A stretch of DNA of 64,000 bases, taken from Camelus dromedarius (lineage: Eukaryota). The notes beneath the pieces are model-generated. The model made no database searches and was not told the DNA's origin. It saw nothing but the letters and a program-made list of their open reading frames with translations. The stretch spans positions 1,490,001 through 1,554,000 of the forward strand of contig NC_087438.1 of NCBI RefSeq assembly GCF_036321535.1. Reading direction: 5' to 3'. The translations under genes and the position numbers were made by a program. Shown in pieces: positions 13,100-23,641 of the stretch; the stretch's first letter is position 1; each line of letters starts with the position of its first letter.

Positions 13100-13546
13100 T
13101 TTGGGTTGTTCCATGTCCTGCTGTTGTAAATGGTGCTGCTCTGAGCACTCGGGTGCAGGTGCCTCTTCACATTAGAGTTTCCTCCAGGTATGTGCCCAGG
13201 AGCGGGGCTGCTGGGTCATAGGGTAAGTCTATTTTTAGTTTTTTGAGACAGATGACTGAATAAAGAAGTTGTGGTGTATTTATACAATGAAATACAACTC
13301 AGTCATAAAAAATAATAAAGTAGTGCCACTTGCAGCAACATGGAAGGACCTGGGATGGTCAATCTAAGTGAAGTCAACCAGAAAGGGAAAAATTGCCGTA
13401 TGATATCGCTTGTATGTGCAATCTACAAAAAAGGGACACAAACGAACTTATCTACAAAACAGGAAACAGACTCACAGACAGAGAACAAACAGTTACGGGG
13501 GGGGTAAAGGGGGTGGGAAGGGTAAACTGGGGATTTGAACTTTGCA
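13100..13546 (+). mobile_element. Young-type 5'-inverted L1 3' fragment, 3' end lost
   Basis: ~13100-13247 is antisense ORF2 end; ~13247-13546 is sense (acagatgactgaataaagaag...gcagcaacatgg...3'UTR); no TSD found. Confidence 0.85.
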
Positions 13547-13549
13547 GCT

Positions 13550-13680
13550 CTCGGGGAGGCGTGGAGATGCTGGCTGTGTTGATCCTGGTGGTGGTTTCAT
13601 TCGTTTCATCAAAATTCACCAAATTGCACACCTGAAATACACGTAGCTCACTGGGCGGGAGCCACACCGCAGTAAAGGCG
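13550..13680 (+). mobile_element. Old L1M 3'UTR terminus
   Basis: ttgatcctggtggtggtt...tcaaaattcaccaaattgcacacctgaaata...agtaaag resembles L1MC/ME 3' ends. Confidence 0.6.
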
Positions 13681-13729
13681 CTATGAACAAAGGAAAAGGA
13701 TGTATCAGGGGCCAGCGCTGAGACAGGCG

Positions 13730-14600
13730 AGCAAAGCCCGCCCACGCGGACCCCTGCCGGGGGCGGGGGGCACATGAATGGCCGGGACCTCCCTGCCTGG
13801 CCCGGCGGCCTGGGGTCCGGTCCGGGAGGACGAGGCTGCGTGGGGCGCAGGGGAGGGGTGGCTGGCACCTGAGACTTAGGGCCGTCCTCGCGAGGCAGAA
13901 CCTCACTTCCTCAGGATCTCTTTAAGTGTGGACTTCGTCCAGCCCGGTTAGCAGGCCCGCGGCCGTGGTACACGACACGGGCACCCGGCGGGCTCCGGGG
14001 AGGAAGCTGGCAGCTCCTGGGACGGGTGAGCCTGGCCCCTGGGGGGGAGGAACGGCCTCCAGGAAGGGGCAGGTGGGTTAGCGGCTCCGGGCTGAGGCAG
14101 AGTCTTGGAAAACAAGGGAAGTCCAGTGGGTCAGTGAGAGCCTGGGGCAGAGAGAGATCAGCTCTCCGAAAGAGCCCTCCCCTCAGAGCCTGAACCGGGT
14201 GGGGGGGGGCACCCCCAGCCCTGCGGGCGCTGCAGGCGCTGACTGCCCCGGAGGAGGGGGGAGGGGCCTGGGCGCAAAGGCCGGGCTCAGACTCCTCCCC
14301 CGGGAGCAGGCCAGCGACCAGGAGGACGGCAGGGCGCACAGGGGGCCCTCCTGCGCGCAGGGCGGCGGCCCCAGGCCACACTGCAGGCAGGCGGCGCGGG
14401 GCCGAGAAGGCAGGTCTCCGCCCCGAGCCGCGGCGCCGTCAGAGCAGGGAGCGTGCTCTGTAAGTGCTGGGCGGTCTTGTCTCTCACGGCAGCTCAGGAG
14501 GGACCGCGGGACGAGAGCGCCACGGGGCTCGAGCCTGGGTGCCCAAGGCAAGCCCGTCCGCTCAGGGCGCTTCTGAGTGGGACTTGGGTCCCGAGGGGCA
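13730..14600. other. CpG-island-like GC-rich segment
   Basis: Visibly very high GC with frequent CpG and GC-box-like gggcgggg; not computed. Confidence 0.5.
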
Positions 14601-14829
14601 GGGGCACCCAGGGTTGTCAGCCCCCAGTCACAGGAGCAGTTAGGGGGACAGAGCAGCCAAAAATGGACGTCCTTCTGACTCTGAGCCCGTCCCAGCCGAA
14701 GACGTCTCTGCCGGTACCTTCGCGCCAAGCTGGCGAGCTTCACCTGGTGTGAGGATGAGGGGGGAGCGGCGTCTGGTGCCGGCCCTGCCCTCCTGGCATG
14801 TGGGTGGGTAGTCAGTCTCAGGGAGCCGC

Positions 14830-15570
14830 GCCTGTTACACGTGTGTACCTGTGTGAGTGTGAATGGGGGTAGGGGTGCGCACACGTGCGTGAGTTGTGCA
14901 CGTGGCATGCGTGTTTGTACGTGTAGGTGTGAGTGGCTGCCTGCATGCTTGTGTGTGCACTTGTGTGAGTCGCAAGTGAATGTGTACCTATGCGAACGTG
15001 CACACCTGTGTGCATAGGTGCTAGTCTGTGCATGGGCGTCGTGTGTGGATGTGAGTGTGCATCCGTGTCAACCTGTGTGTGAGTGTGCATGCGGAGGTTC
15101 ATGTGTGCACACGTGCACGTGTGGGAAGATGAATGTTTCCCTAATGTTTGAGTGTGTGCATGTGTGGTCGTGTGTTGAATCTGCTTCCACGTGTGTGTAC
15201 ACGCAATGAATGTGTGAGGGCCACCGTGCTGGTGTGCACATGGGTATGCCCCTCTGCTTGTGCGTCTGTGGGTGGGTGCCTTGTGCAGCCATGCACTTGT
15301 GCGAGCGTGTGCCTGGTGAGGACTTGTGACTTTGTGATCATGCATGTCTTTGTGTTTTGTGCACACGTATTCATGTGCACTTGCTGGTGCGTGTGTTTTT
15401 CCACACGTGTGTTTTTACCCTGATGTGTCAGTGCCTGCCTGGTGTGCTCACATGCACGTGTGCACACCTGAGTGGGAGGTTGTGAGTGTGCACACATGTC
15501 TGTGCTACACACGGCCCTGTGTGACCGCGTGGCTGTGACCCTGTAGGCAGGTGCATGTGCTCCTGTGTGC
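14830..15570. repeat. Degenerate TG/CA-rich low-complexity tract
   Basis: ~740 bp dominated by tgtg, tgca, catg, cacgtg. Confidence 0.9.
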
Positions 15571-17793
15571 GGCCAGAGGCACCTCTGCGAGAGGCAGTGA
15601 GGACGGCTGCTCTGGAGCTGGCGACTGAGTCTGGCCCTGGGTCCCCTGTGTCCCGGCCCAGCATCCTGCAGGTGCTGTCCAGAACCCTGAGCCTCGACGT
15701 CCTCCTCTGTGAACCGGGGTCCTTGTCCCGGACCCTTTCTCCTGGGGTGACAGGGGAAGGCAGTGGGTGGACTGTGCGAGGTGGTTCAGAGGGGCTGGCA
15801 CGGGGGGGCTGTGTTCCTGCTGTTACTATTATTAGCATCGGTGTTATTATCCTGACAATGTGGCTGAGCTCCCTGAAGTCACCTGGGGCCACGCCTTTTC
15901 TGCCTGTTGTCCTGGGACGTGTGACAATGTCTGGCTCACTTCACTGTGGATCATACATCATGTGTTTTCGCTCTTTAGGCAGACAGATTTGACTTCATTA
16001 TTTTATTATAAATTTGCATGCCCTTTTATTGAATTTGAGAAAGACTAAATGCTCACCCCCTTTGCCGTGCCTGAGACCTACATCTGTTTCCCAGCAGCCA
16101 TCAAATGCACTGCATTATTAAAACCCCGGTGATACAGGACATAATGATGATGGAGTCTGGAGTCTCCAGGAGCGTATACATCACTCAGATGTGCGCAGTT
16201 AAAATTAAAATTCCACCCTCATCCTATCTTGGGTTGTTAGGTGGAATCAGTCATGAAAGAGAAAAGATGAATAGCGATGTAATTCTTTCTGAAGAATAAA
16301 TCTCCACGAACATCCTTATTTAATTCTTCACAAAAATTGCTCAAATGCCATTTGAAAAGTTTCCACGTAAGTTTAAGATTCTATAGACAGGATCGCATCA
16401 ACGAAAGTTGGCCGAAGTGCACGTCCCAGTCAGAAAAGCGAACAATTAGGCGTCTTCCCGAGCCTTTCTTCTTGAGAAGCAGCAGCCGAAATGTGCCACT
16501 AGGCTGAGAACTGAACAATCTTGTGATGGGAGTTGGCTGCCGCAGAGGGTGGCGCCTGACGTCACTGTCACTGTTGAGCAAGAGCCATGCCGCTGAGGTG
16601 TCCCCAGTGAGAAGCTCGTCACCTCCAGAGCAGAGAGAGCCAGGGTCGCATGTGACGCCCGGCACAGCCCGGTGGGGTCTCGCAGAGGGTCAGCCCCCAT
16701 CGGGGGGGCCCGACGCGGAAGAGTCCCTGAGGGAACGTGAACTCACTGGGAAGCTGAATATGAAGGAAGCATCTCCTTTGATTAAAATGAGGTTGAGAGA
16801 GCCTCTGTGGGTCCCTTCAGCGAGGGGTGACTGTCTGCTTGGCCCAGGCTCCGCTTGGAGAGAAACTGCGCGTCAGGGGCTCGGGCAGCCCTCAGCGCTC
16901 CTGATAAATCACTTATTCTCTAGACACTCGCTGAGCGCACTGAAGTCCCGCCCAATCTAGGCAGGGGGAAAGACGAGGTGTGTGTCCTCCCTCTTCAGGG
17001 TTCTGGACCTCACAAAGCTCCTTCGATGAGCCCTCACCTGGACATCCTGCCCCTGCTCACCTGGGCAGGAGGCCATCCTCGCTGTCCTTCCTGGGCCCTG
17101 CACATGCTCCCCTCTCTGGGCCCCTCGCCCACTCCCTGCTGCACCACCAAGCAGACTCCCGGTACCCAGGGACACCCTAGGAGAACAGAATCCTGTGGCG
17201 GTGGAAAACGGGTCCAGAGACCAGAGGGCAGGGAGGTGACAGTTGGGCCGGCAGGAGATCGGGGGTGCCTCTGACAGAGCTTACCAGCCCCGGCCCGTGT
17301 GCCCTCCTGCCCGGCTGGGGGCTCCCGTGGCCTCTCCCCTGTTGGGGGTTTCTCAGCAGAAGGAGGGCTGCAGCAGCAGGCAGGATCACTCTCAGACACC
17401 AGGAAGGCTACATGGAAGGAGGGGACCCCTCAGTCCAAGGCGTCCACTGAAAGGATGGCCGTGTTCCCTAGGAGTCTCCACGCCGGGAGGAGCGGGTGCG
17501 TGAGACAGCAGGGCTTCCCTGACCACTTCGCTGTCCGCACGACCCAAAAGTGTTGGAAACAGTATTGTCAATACAGATTGGTTGTTCCTGAAAATACATG
17601 TGCAGACTTGGAGCTGGTCCAGCATCTCCTATGTTCCCAGGACCGGGGAGGGGGCGCGTTCTATCAATAATCTAGGAAACTAACTCCAGGAGAGTTTGGT
17701 AAGGATTGGGGACTCATGGGGCCTTATTACATTTTCCCCTGGGCCCCTTATTTTCATTGAGAAACACACCTCTAGTCTTTCTTGTCCGCTCCA

Positions 17794-18131
17794 TGGCCGT
17801 GGCTGAACTGGGCCCACACCCCATCCCCGTGCTGAAGCCGGAGCCCCATGACTGTACTTGGAGATGGGGCCTCTTTAGAGGTAATTAAGGGTAATGAGGT
17901 CATAAGACTGGTCCATTAGGGCTGGTGTCCTTATAAGAAGAGGAAGAGACACCGGAGGGCTCTCCACACGCACTCTGCGCAAAGGCCCCGTGCAAGCCAG
18001 CAGGGGGGCCCTCTCTAGGAACCGGCCCTGCTGGGCCCCGTTCTCAGCTTCCGGAACTATGAGCCATAAATGTCTGTGGTTTAAGTCACCCACCTGTGAT
18101 GTTTGTTTTCCAGCCCATGCTGACTGACACA
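17794..18131 (+). mobile_element. MaLR solo LTR (MLT1A/B-like)
   Basis: ttggagatggggcct...gaggtaattaag...ggtgtccttataagaagagg...taaatgtctgtggtttaag...ctgactgacaca match the remembered MLT1 consensus. Confidence 0.9.
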
Positions 18132-18162
18132 GGTGTGTTCTGATTTATTGATGCAATCATTT

Positions 18163-18290
18163 GGGGGGAGGGGTAATTAGGTTTATTTATGTATTTATTA
18201 TTTACTTTTTTAGCCGAGGTACTGGGGATTGAACCCAGGATCTCATGCATGCTAAGCATGCACTCTACCACTGAGCTATACCCTCGCCCC
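18163..18290 (-). mobile_element. tRNA-derived SINE (camelid Vic-1 type)
   Basis: Reverse complement gagggtatagctcagtggtagagtgcatgcttagcatgcatgagatcctgggttcaatcccc with pol III A and B boxes and an (AAAT)n-like tail. Confidence 0.92.
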
Positions 18291-18329
18291 TTACTCAGTC
18301 ATTTTTTATTGGATCAAAAAAAATTAATC

Positions 18330-18972
18330 TATTCTACATTTTGAAATCCCAGTCTGTCCCTCCCCACCCCCCTGTCCCCCTGGCAACCACAAGTTTGTAT
18401 TCTATGTCTATGAGTCTGTTTCTGTTTGTATTTATGTTTTATTTTTTTTAAGATTCTGCATATGAGCGACCTCATATGGTATTTTTCTTTCTCTTTCCGG
18501 CTTACTTCACTTAGAATGACATTCCGCAGGGACATCCATGTTGCTGCAAATGGTTTTCTCAGTTTTTATGGCTGAATAGTATTCCATTGTATAAATATAC
18601 CACATCTTCTTTATCCAGTCATCTGTTGATGGACATTTAGGCTGTTTCCATGACTTGGCTATTGTAAATAGTGCTGCTACGAACATTGGGGTGCAGGTGT
18701 CATTTTGAAGTAGGGTTCCTTCTGGATATATGCCCAGGAGCGGGATTCCTGGGTCACATGGTAAGTCTATTCCTAGTCTTTTGAGGAATCTCCATACTGT
18801 TTCCCACACTGTGTAGCACAGGGAAATATACACAGGATCTTGTAGTGGCTCACAGTGAAAGAGAATGTGACAATAAATTTACATATGTTCATGTGTAACT
18901 GAAAAATTGTGCTCTACACTGGAACTTGACACGACATTGTAAAATGACTATAGCTCAATAAAAAAATGTTTG
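18330..18972 (+). mobile_element. Young 5'-inverted L1 3' fragment
   Basis: 18330-18808 antisense (ORF2 end plus proximal 3'UTR); 18808-18972 sense distal 3'UTR and A-tail; exact 13-bp TSD aaaaaaattaatc (18317-18329 / 18973-18985). Confidence 0.95.
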
Positions 18973-20559
18973 AAAAAAATTAATCATTTGAATGTATTTC
19001 CAGTGATGCCTTTTTTTTTTTGACATGGATTTGTTTTTCCTTGCACAGCACACAAAAATATGTCCACCCTAAAAATAGAAATATTTGAATCTTAATTCCA
19101 CCATAAACATTTACATATAAATCAGGATGAAGTACATGCATGGGATGAAGTACACAGATGAGAGAAGATAATGACGTCCTATCAGGAAGGAAAGGATAAC
19201 AAAGTAAAAGGGATCCGTGAGTTCCCGCAGGGGAGTCTCCTGACTGGCACCTGCAGTTGCCAGAATTCTAGCCTCTGAAGTGACTGAGTTTACCAAGCTG
19301 GGTCTTTCCTAATGACTCAGCCCCAGCTGATGAATAAAACCCAGGTAGGGGGCTCAGCAAGCGCAGAGGGCAACTGTGCTGTTTCTCTCAAGTGGTGGTT
19401 GAGCCTCAGTGAAAAGCCTTTTAGAGTCATTCTGTCTTTCATTAGCGCGCACTCACCGTCCTATTAAATCTAAATTAAGTCTTTACTTGAGGCACTTAAT
19501 TGGGAGACTTAAGCAGTGTGGACACCTGTGAGCGGTGATTTCAGTTTCTGGCCGCTGTCAGGGTCTAGCAGTTTGGTGACACCGAAGGTTCAACGGCGTG
19601 GCCGCGCCTGCAGGTATGAGGTGTGTGCGAGGGTGTGTGGGCACGCCAGGGCCAGTGTCTGTGTTTAGACCAAACACCCCCGGCAAATGTGTCTTTCCAT
19701 CAGAAAAGCATGATGTATTAAACATACATTAAAATTAAACTCCCTTGTGAAGGTTAGCCGTCTGTTAACTTTACAAAATTCGTCATGGAAAGACACCATG
19801 AAAAATCACAGTTTTGGTGCCAAAGTTTCTGGGTTTTGGACTTGCGGATTCCACCAGCTTCTTTCCCAGCTTTCATTTCTAAACTTGCTTAAAAACATTT
19901 TTAGACTAAATATTTTCTAAGTGACCTCCAGTCCTAAAAATATGTGATGCTAAAATAATAATTAAATGGCTTTTGTTTTTCACTGTTAATTGCACTGTCT
20001 GAAATTCAAACGTGTTTAAAATTCGAGGGTATTGTCATTCAGGGACAGCTGAGGACAGGGGTGAAAACAACACAGACATGGATGCGAACACAAATATAAG
20101 CAAGCTTCTGAGAGGTCTCCCCGCGAGCGCCCTTCCATCCCGGGCAGCCGCCTGCGGCGGCCTTTGGTGAGCTCGCGGGGACCCAGGGCACCCAGGAGCC
20201 GGCGGGTTGGATGCAACCCGGCTCTGTGAGGCACTGGCTCGTGACTGCTCATTTGAACCCCCAAGTCTTCTGGAAACCTGTATGTATTCACGGGTAACGA
20301 CGGAAAAGAACGTGGAGAGAGGCAAGAAGACGCGATGCCCGTTTGTTTGTCAAACTAGATTATGTTTCTCTCACTTACAGAAAATGGTGGCCTTGTGATA
20401 AAAATAAGGTCATTTTAATTGGCTAAATAATCATATAAATAATTTTAATTTACAAATTGTTGTTCTCGGTGTATGTTTATTACCCAAAAAATTGTCTGCG
20501 GTAATGAGTCGAGATTTATGGCATGTCTGCGGCGTCCCAGGCTCTGCGTGTGCCGCCCT

Positions 20560-20680
20560 TATTTAATGCTCAGCACCGCCATATGGTGGGGGTGCTGCTC
20601 GCGTTCTGATTTCACAAATGAAGCAACAGAGGATCGGAGAGAGGTTTTCTAAACAGTCCATTGTTTGAAGGTACATGGCT
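20560..20680 (-). mobile_element. MIR SINE fragment
   Basis: atttcacaaatgaagcaacagagg...agagagg resembles the MIR core attttacagatgaggaaactgagg. Confidence 0.55.
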
Positions 20681-20929
20681 TCTAAAGGATTTTTTCCACT
20701 TTGTTTTCTTACTGACTTCCTGGGTTTTACTTTGATGAATTGCTAGATGATCGTATACATATTTGTGTTATTTTAATAGCGATATTTACATGGAGAAGAT
20801 TTTAAATGAATATGGACATGGTGTTCATCTTCTGTCTTGTGTTTTTCCCCCTTGATGGTATGCTGAGGAGGACTTTTCTCGCGGGAGATTACAGGGGTCA
20901 GGTGCACACTCGTTTTTAATTTCTGGGGT

Positions 20930-21212
20930 TCTGCTGCCCAGCGCAGTTAGTGTGACCGGTGCAAAGTGAGGTTTGCATTAAGGATCAAGTACACACTGGA
21001 TTGCAAGGTCTTAGTATGAAAGAAAATGTAAAAACACTTAGAAGTATTTTTTATGTCGAGTACTCTTTGAAATGACATAATTTTGATATACTGGATGCAA
21101 TAAAATATTTTATTAAAATTAATTTCACCTGTTTCCTATCCTGTTTTAATGTGGCTACTGGGAAGTTTAAAGTTGCATCTGTAGTTACATTCTATTTCCA
21201 TTGCGTAGCACT
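20930..21212. mobile_element. MER33-like hAT-Charlie DNA transposon
   Basis: attaaaattaatttcacctgtttc...tttaatgtggctact...tatttccattgcgtagcact match the remembered MER33 consensus. Confidence 0.85.
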
Positions 21213-21214
21213 CC

Positions 21215-22400
21215 CCTGGTGTATTTTACTTTATATTTGTAATTATATGCACATATATTGTCTATACACAAATTATATGCTGTGTAATCTACATGTATGT
21301 ACACACATGTAACATGTTTGTAGTTTGTATGATATATTGCACCTGCATAAATATGTATGTATAATTACATGTGTGTCGTCAGAAATTAGTTTTGGTGTTA
21401 TGTGATTTTTAAAACATGATTAGGCAATAGCTCAAAGCCATTGTTTTAAATAACGACTCCATTCTGAGGACTACAAATGCTGACTTAGGATGTACCAAGT
21501 TCTTGCTCAAGCTGGGCCTGCACCTCAGCTTCCCTTCCCATCCTGTGGGGCTGCTCACAGCATTTTAATTGTGGTGCCTTCGTGAGATGCTACACTGCTT
21601 GGCATCCTAAAGTGGCAATTTGCTGTGTATTTATTCTTTCAAATAAGCTTTAAAAGAATTTAGTAATATTCTAAGCAAATTTAGTAAAAAAAATATATGC
21701 TGGACTAACAATTTATAACTTAATTTACAAAAATTGACATTTATAGCATTGAGAGTTCCATTTGTAAGCTTATTTGTATCTTTTCCCTTATTGGAAGCTT
21801 CCTTCTGTGTGCCTTAGTAAAGCTGTGTTATGTGTTTACATATCCCTCTGTAGTTTTTTCCATGCAGACGTACACACATCACCACAAAGTGTATCTTTCT
21901 CCGTGTAACTTACACGTGTGCTGATGCACAATCAGCAAGTAAATGTTGTGTGTATCTACCCTAACAAGTACCTCTCTTACTCATTCTGTCAGTGTTTCAG
22001 TTCAGTGTCTGAAATTTCCTGGTAGACATTTTTATCTTGCTGACAATATGGTCTCTTGTCCATTATTTGTAAATCATATATTTTTCTTTCCTTATTGCAT
22101 TGGCTTGAACCGATGGGGGAAAAATGATACCATTGATTATAAGAGTATTTCTGGCTCTTAACATAAATTTCTCTTGGTTTAACACTAAGTATGACTTAGC
22201 TATTTGTTTGAGATGGATATCTTTAAAAATATATTAAGAAACTTTAATTTATATTTGTTGATCACTAAGAGAATTCATTGGTTAGTAATTAATATTTAAA
22301 ATGCATTTTTATCATCTAATTATCTGGTTTTGCCTGTTGGCAGTAGTTTTCTTACTATTAGACACCACTGATTAGGTCAAGTGACATTAATTTAGTTATG
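21215..22400 (-). mobile_element. Very old L1 (L1ME-like) antisense remnant
   Basis: T-rich with antisense ORF2-like pieces (aaaattgacattt...attgagagttcc; tttccttattgcattggct; cactaagtatgacttagct). Confidence 0.55.
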
Positions 22401-22614
22401 ACGTATACATCTTCTATGCTCTCAATAATGTGTGCTCAACAACAGAACTGTATGAGTAAATTCATATTCCATCAATTTTGAATTGACAAATGCAATAGAA
22501 AAATGTTAATGTTCACTATCAAACAAGGTTTATATGTGGTAGGCCAAGAGAGTATCTCCACTGGAGCCCCAGCATACTCAGGACAATGGGTAGGGTGTGA
22601 TTTAAATGCTATCA

Positions 22615-23641
22615 CTTTTTGAATTAAGGCTCCCTCTGGATATATACCCAGGAGTGGGACTGCTGGATCGTATGATAAGTCTGTTTTCAGTCTTTTGAGG
22701 AATATCCATACTGTTTTGCATAATGACTGCACCAAACTACATTCCCACCAGCAGTGTAGGAGGGCTCCCTTTTCTCCACACCCCCTCCAGAATTTATCAT
22801 TTGTGGACATTTGAATGATGGCCATTCTGATTGTGAGCTGATATCTCATTGTAGTTTTGATTTGCGTTTCTCTGATAATCAGCAATGTTGAGCATTTTTT
22901 CATGTGCCTATGGCCATTTGTTTGTCTTCATTGGAGAATTGCTTGTTTAGGTCTTCTGCCCACTTTTGGATTGGGTTGTTTGTTTTTTGCTTATTAAGTT
23001 ATATGAGCTATTCATACATTTTGGAAACTAAGATGAAACCTTGTCAGTCTCATCTTTTGCAAATATTTTCTTACAATAACCAAGGCATGGAAACAACCTA
23101 AATGTCCATCAACAGATGACTGGATAAAAAGCTGTGGTATATTAATACAATGGAATACTACTCAGCTATAAAAAATAATAAAGTAATGCCATTTGCAGCA
23201 ACATGGATGGACCTGGAGAGTGTCATTCTAAGTGAAGGAAGCCAGAAAGAGAAAGAAAAATACCATATGATATCACTCATATGTGGAATTGAAAAAAAAG
23301 ACAAACTTATTTACAAAACAGAGATATACTCACAGACAAAGAAAACAAACTCATGGTTACAGTGTTGGAGGGAGGGGTGGGAGGGGATAAACTGGGAGTT
23401 AGAGATTTGCAGATACTAACTGATGTATATAGAATAGATAAACAACAAGTTTATACTGTAGAGCACAGGGAACTATATTTAATATCTTGTAGTAACTTAT
23501 GGTGAAAAGAAATATGAAAATGAATATATGTATGTTCCTATATGACTGAAGCATTGTGCTGGACACTATAAATTGACACATTGTAAACTGACTGTATGTC
23601 AATAAAAATATATTTTCAAAAAAAATAAGGCATTAAAAAAA
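22615..23641 (+). mobile_element. Young 5'-inverted L1 (ORF2 C-terminus plus 3'UTR)
   Basis: 22615-23070 antisense; 23071-23641 sense ([23 protein letters not shown]..., 3'UTR, A-tail); exact 12-bp TSD taaatgctatca (22603-22614 / 23642-23653). Confidence 0.95.

Noticed and set aside
16557..16564. Perfect CRE TGACGTCA (also 50029-50036)
   Set aside because: Isolated 8-mers; about one is expected by chance in 64 kb and there is no promoter context
18220..18290. tRNA gene (also 47055-47125)
   Set aside because: tRNA-like head followed by an AT-rich tail, with a TSD in the 47 kb copy: a SINE, not a tRNA
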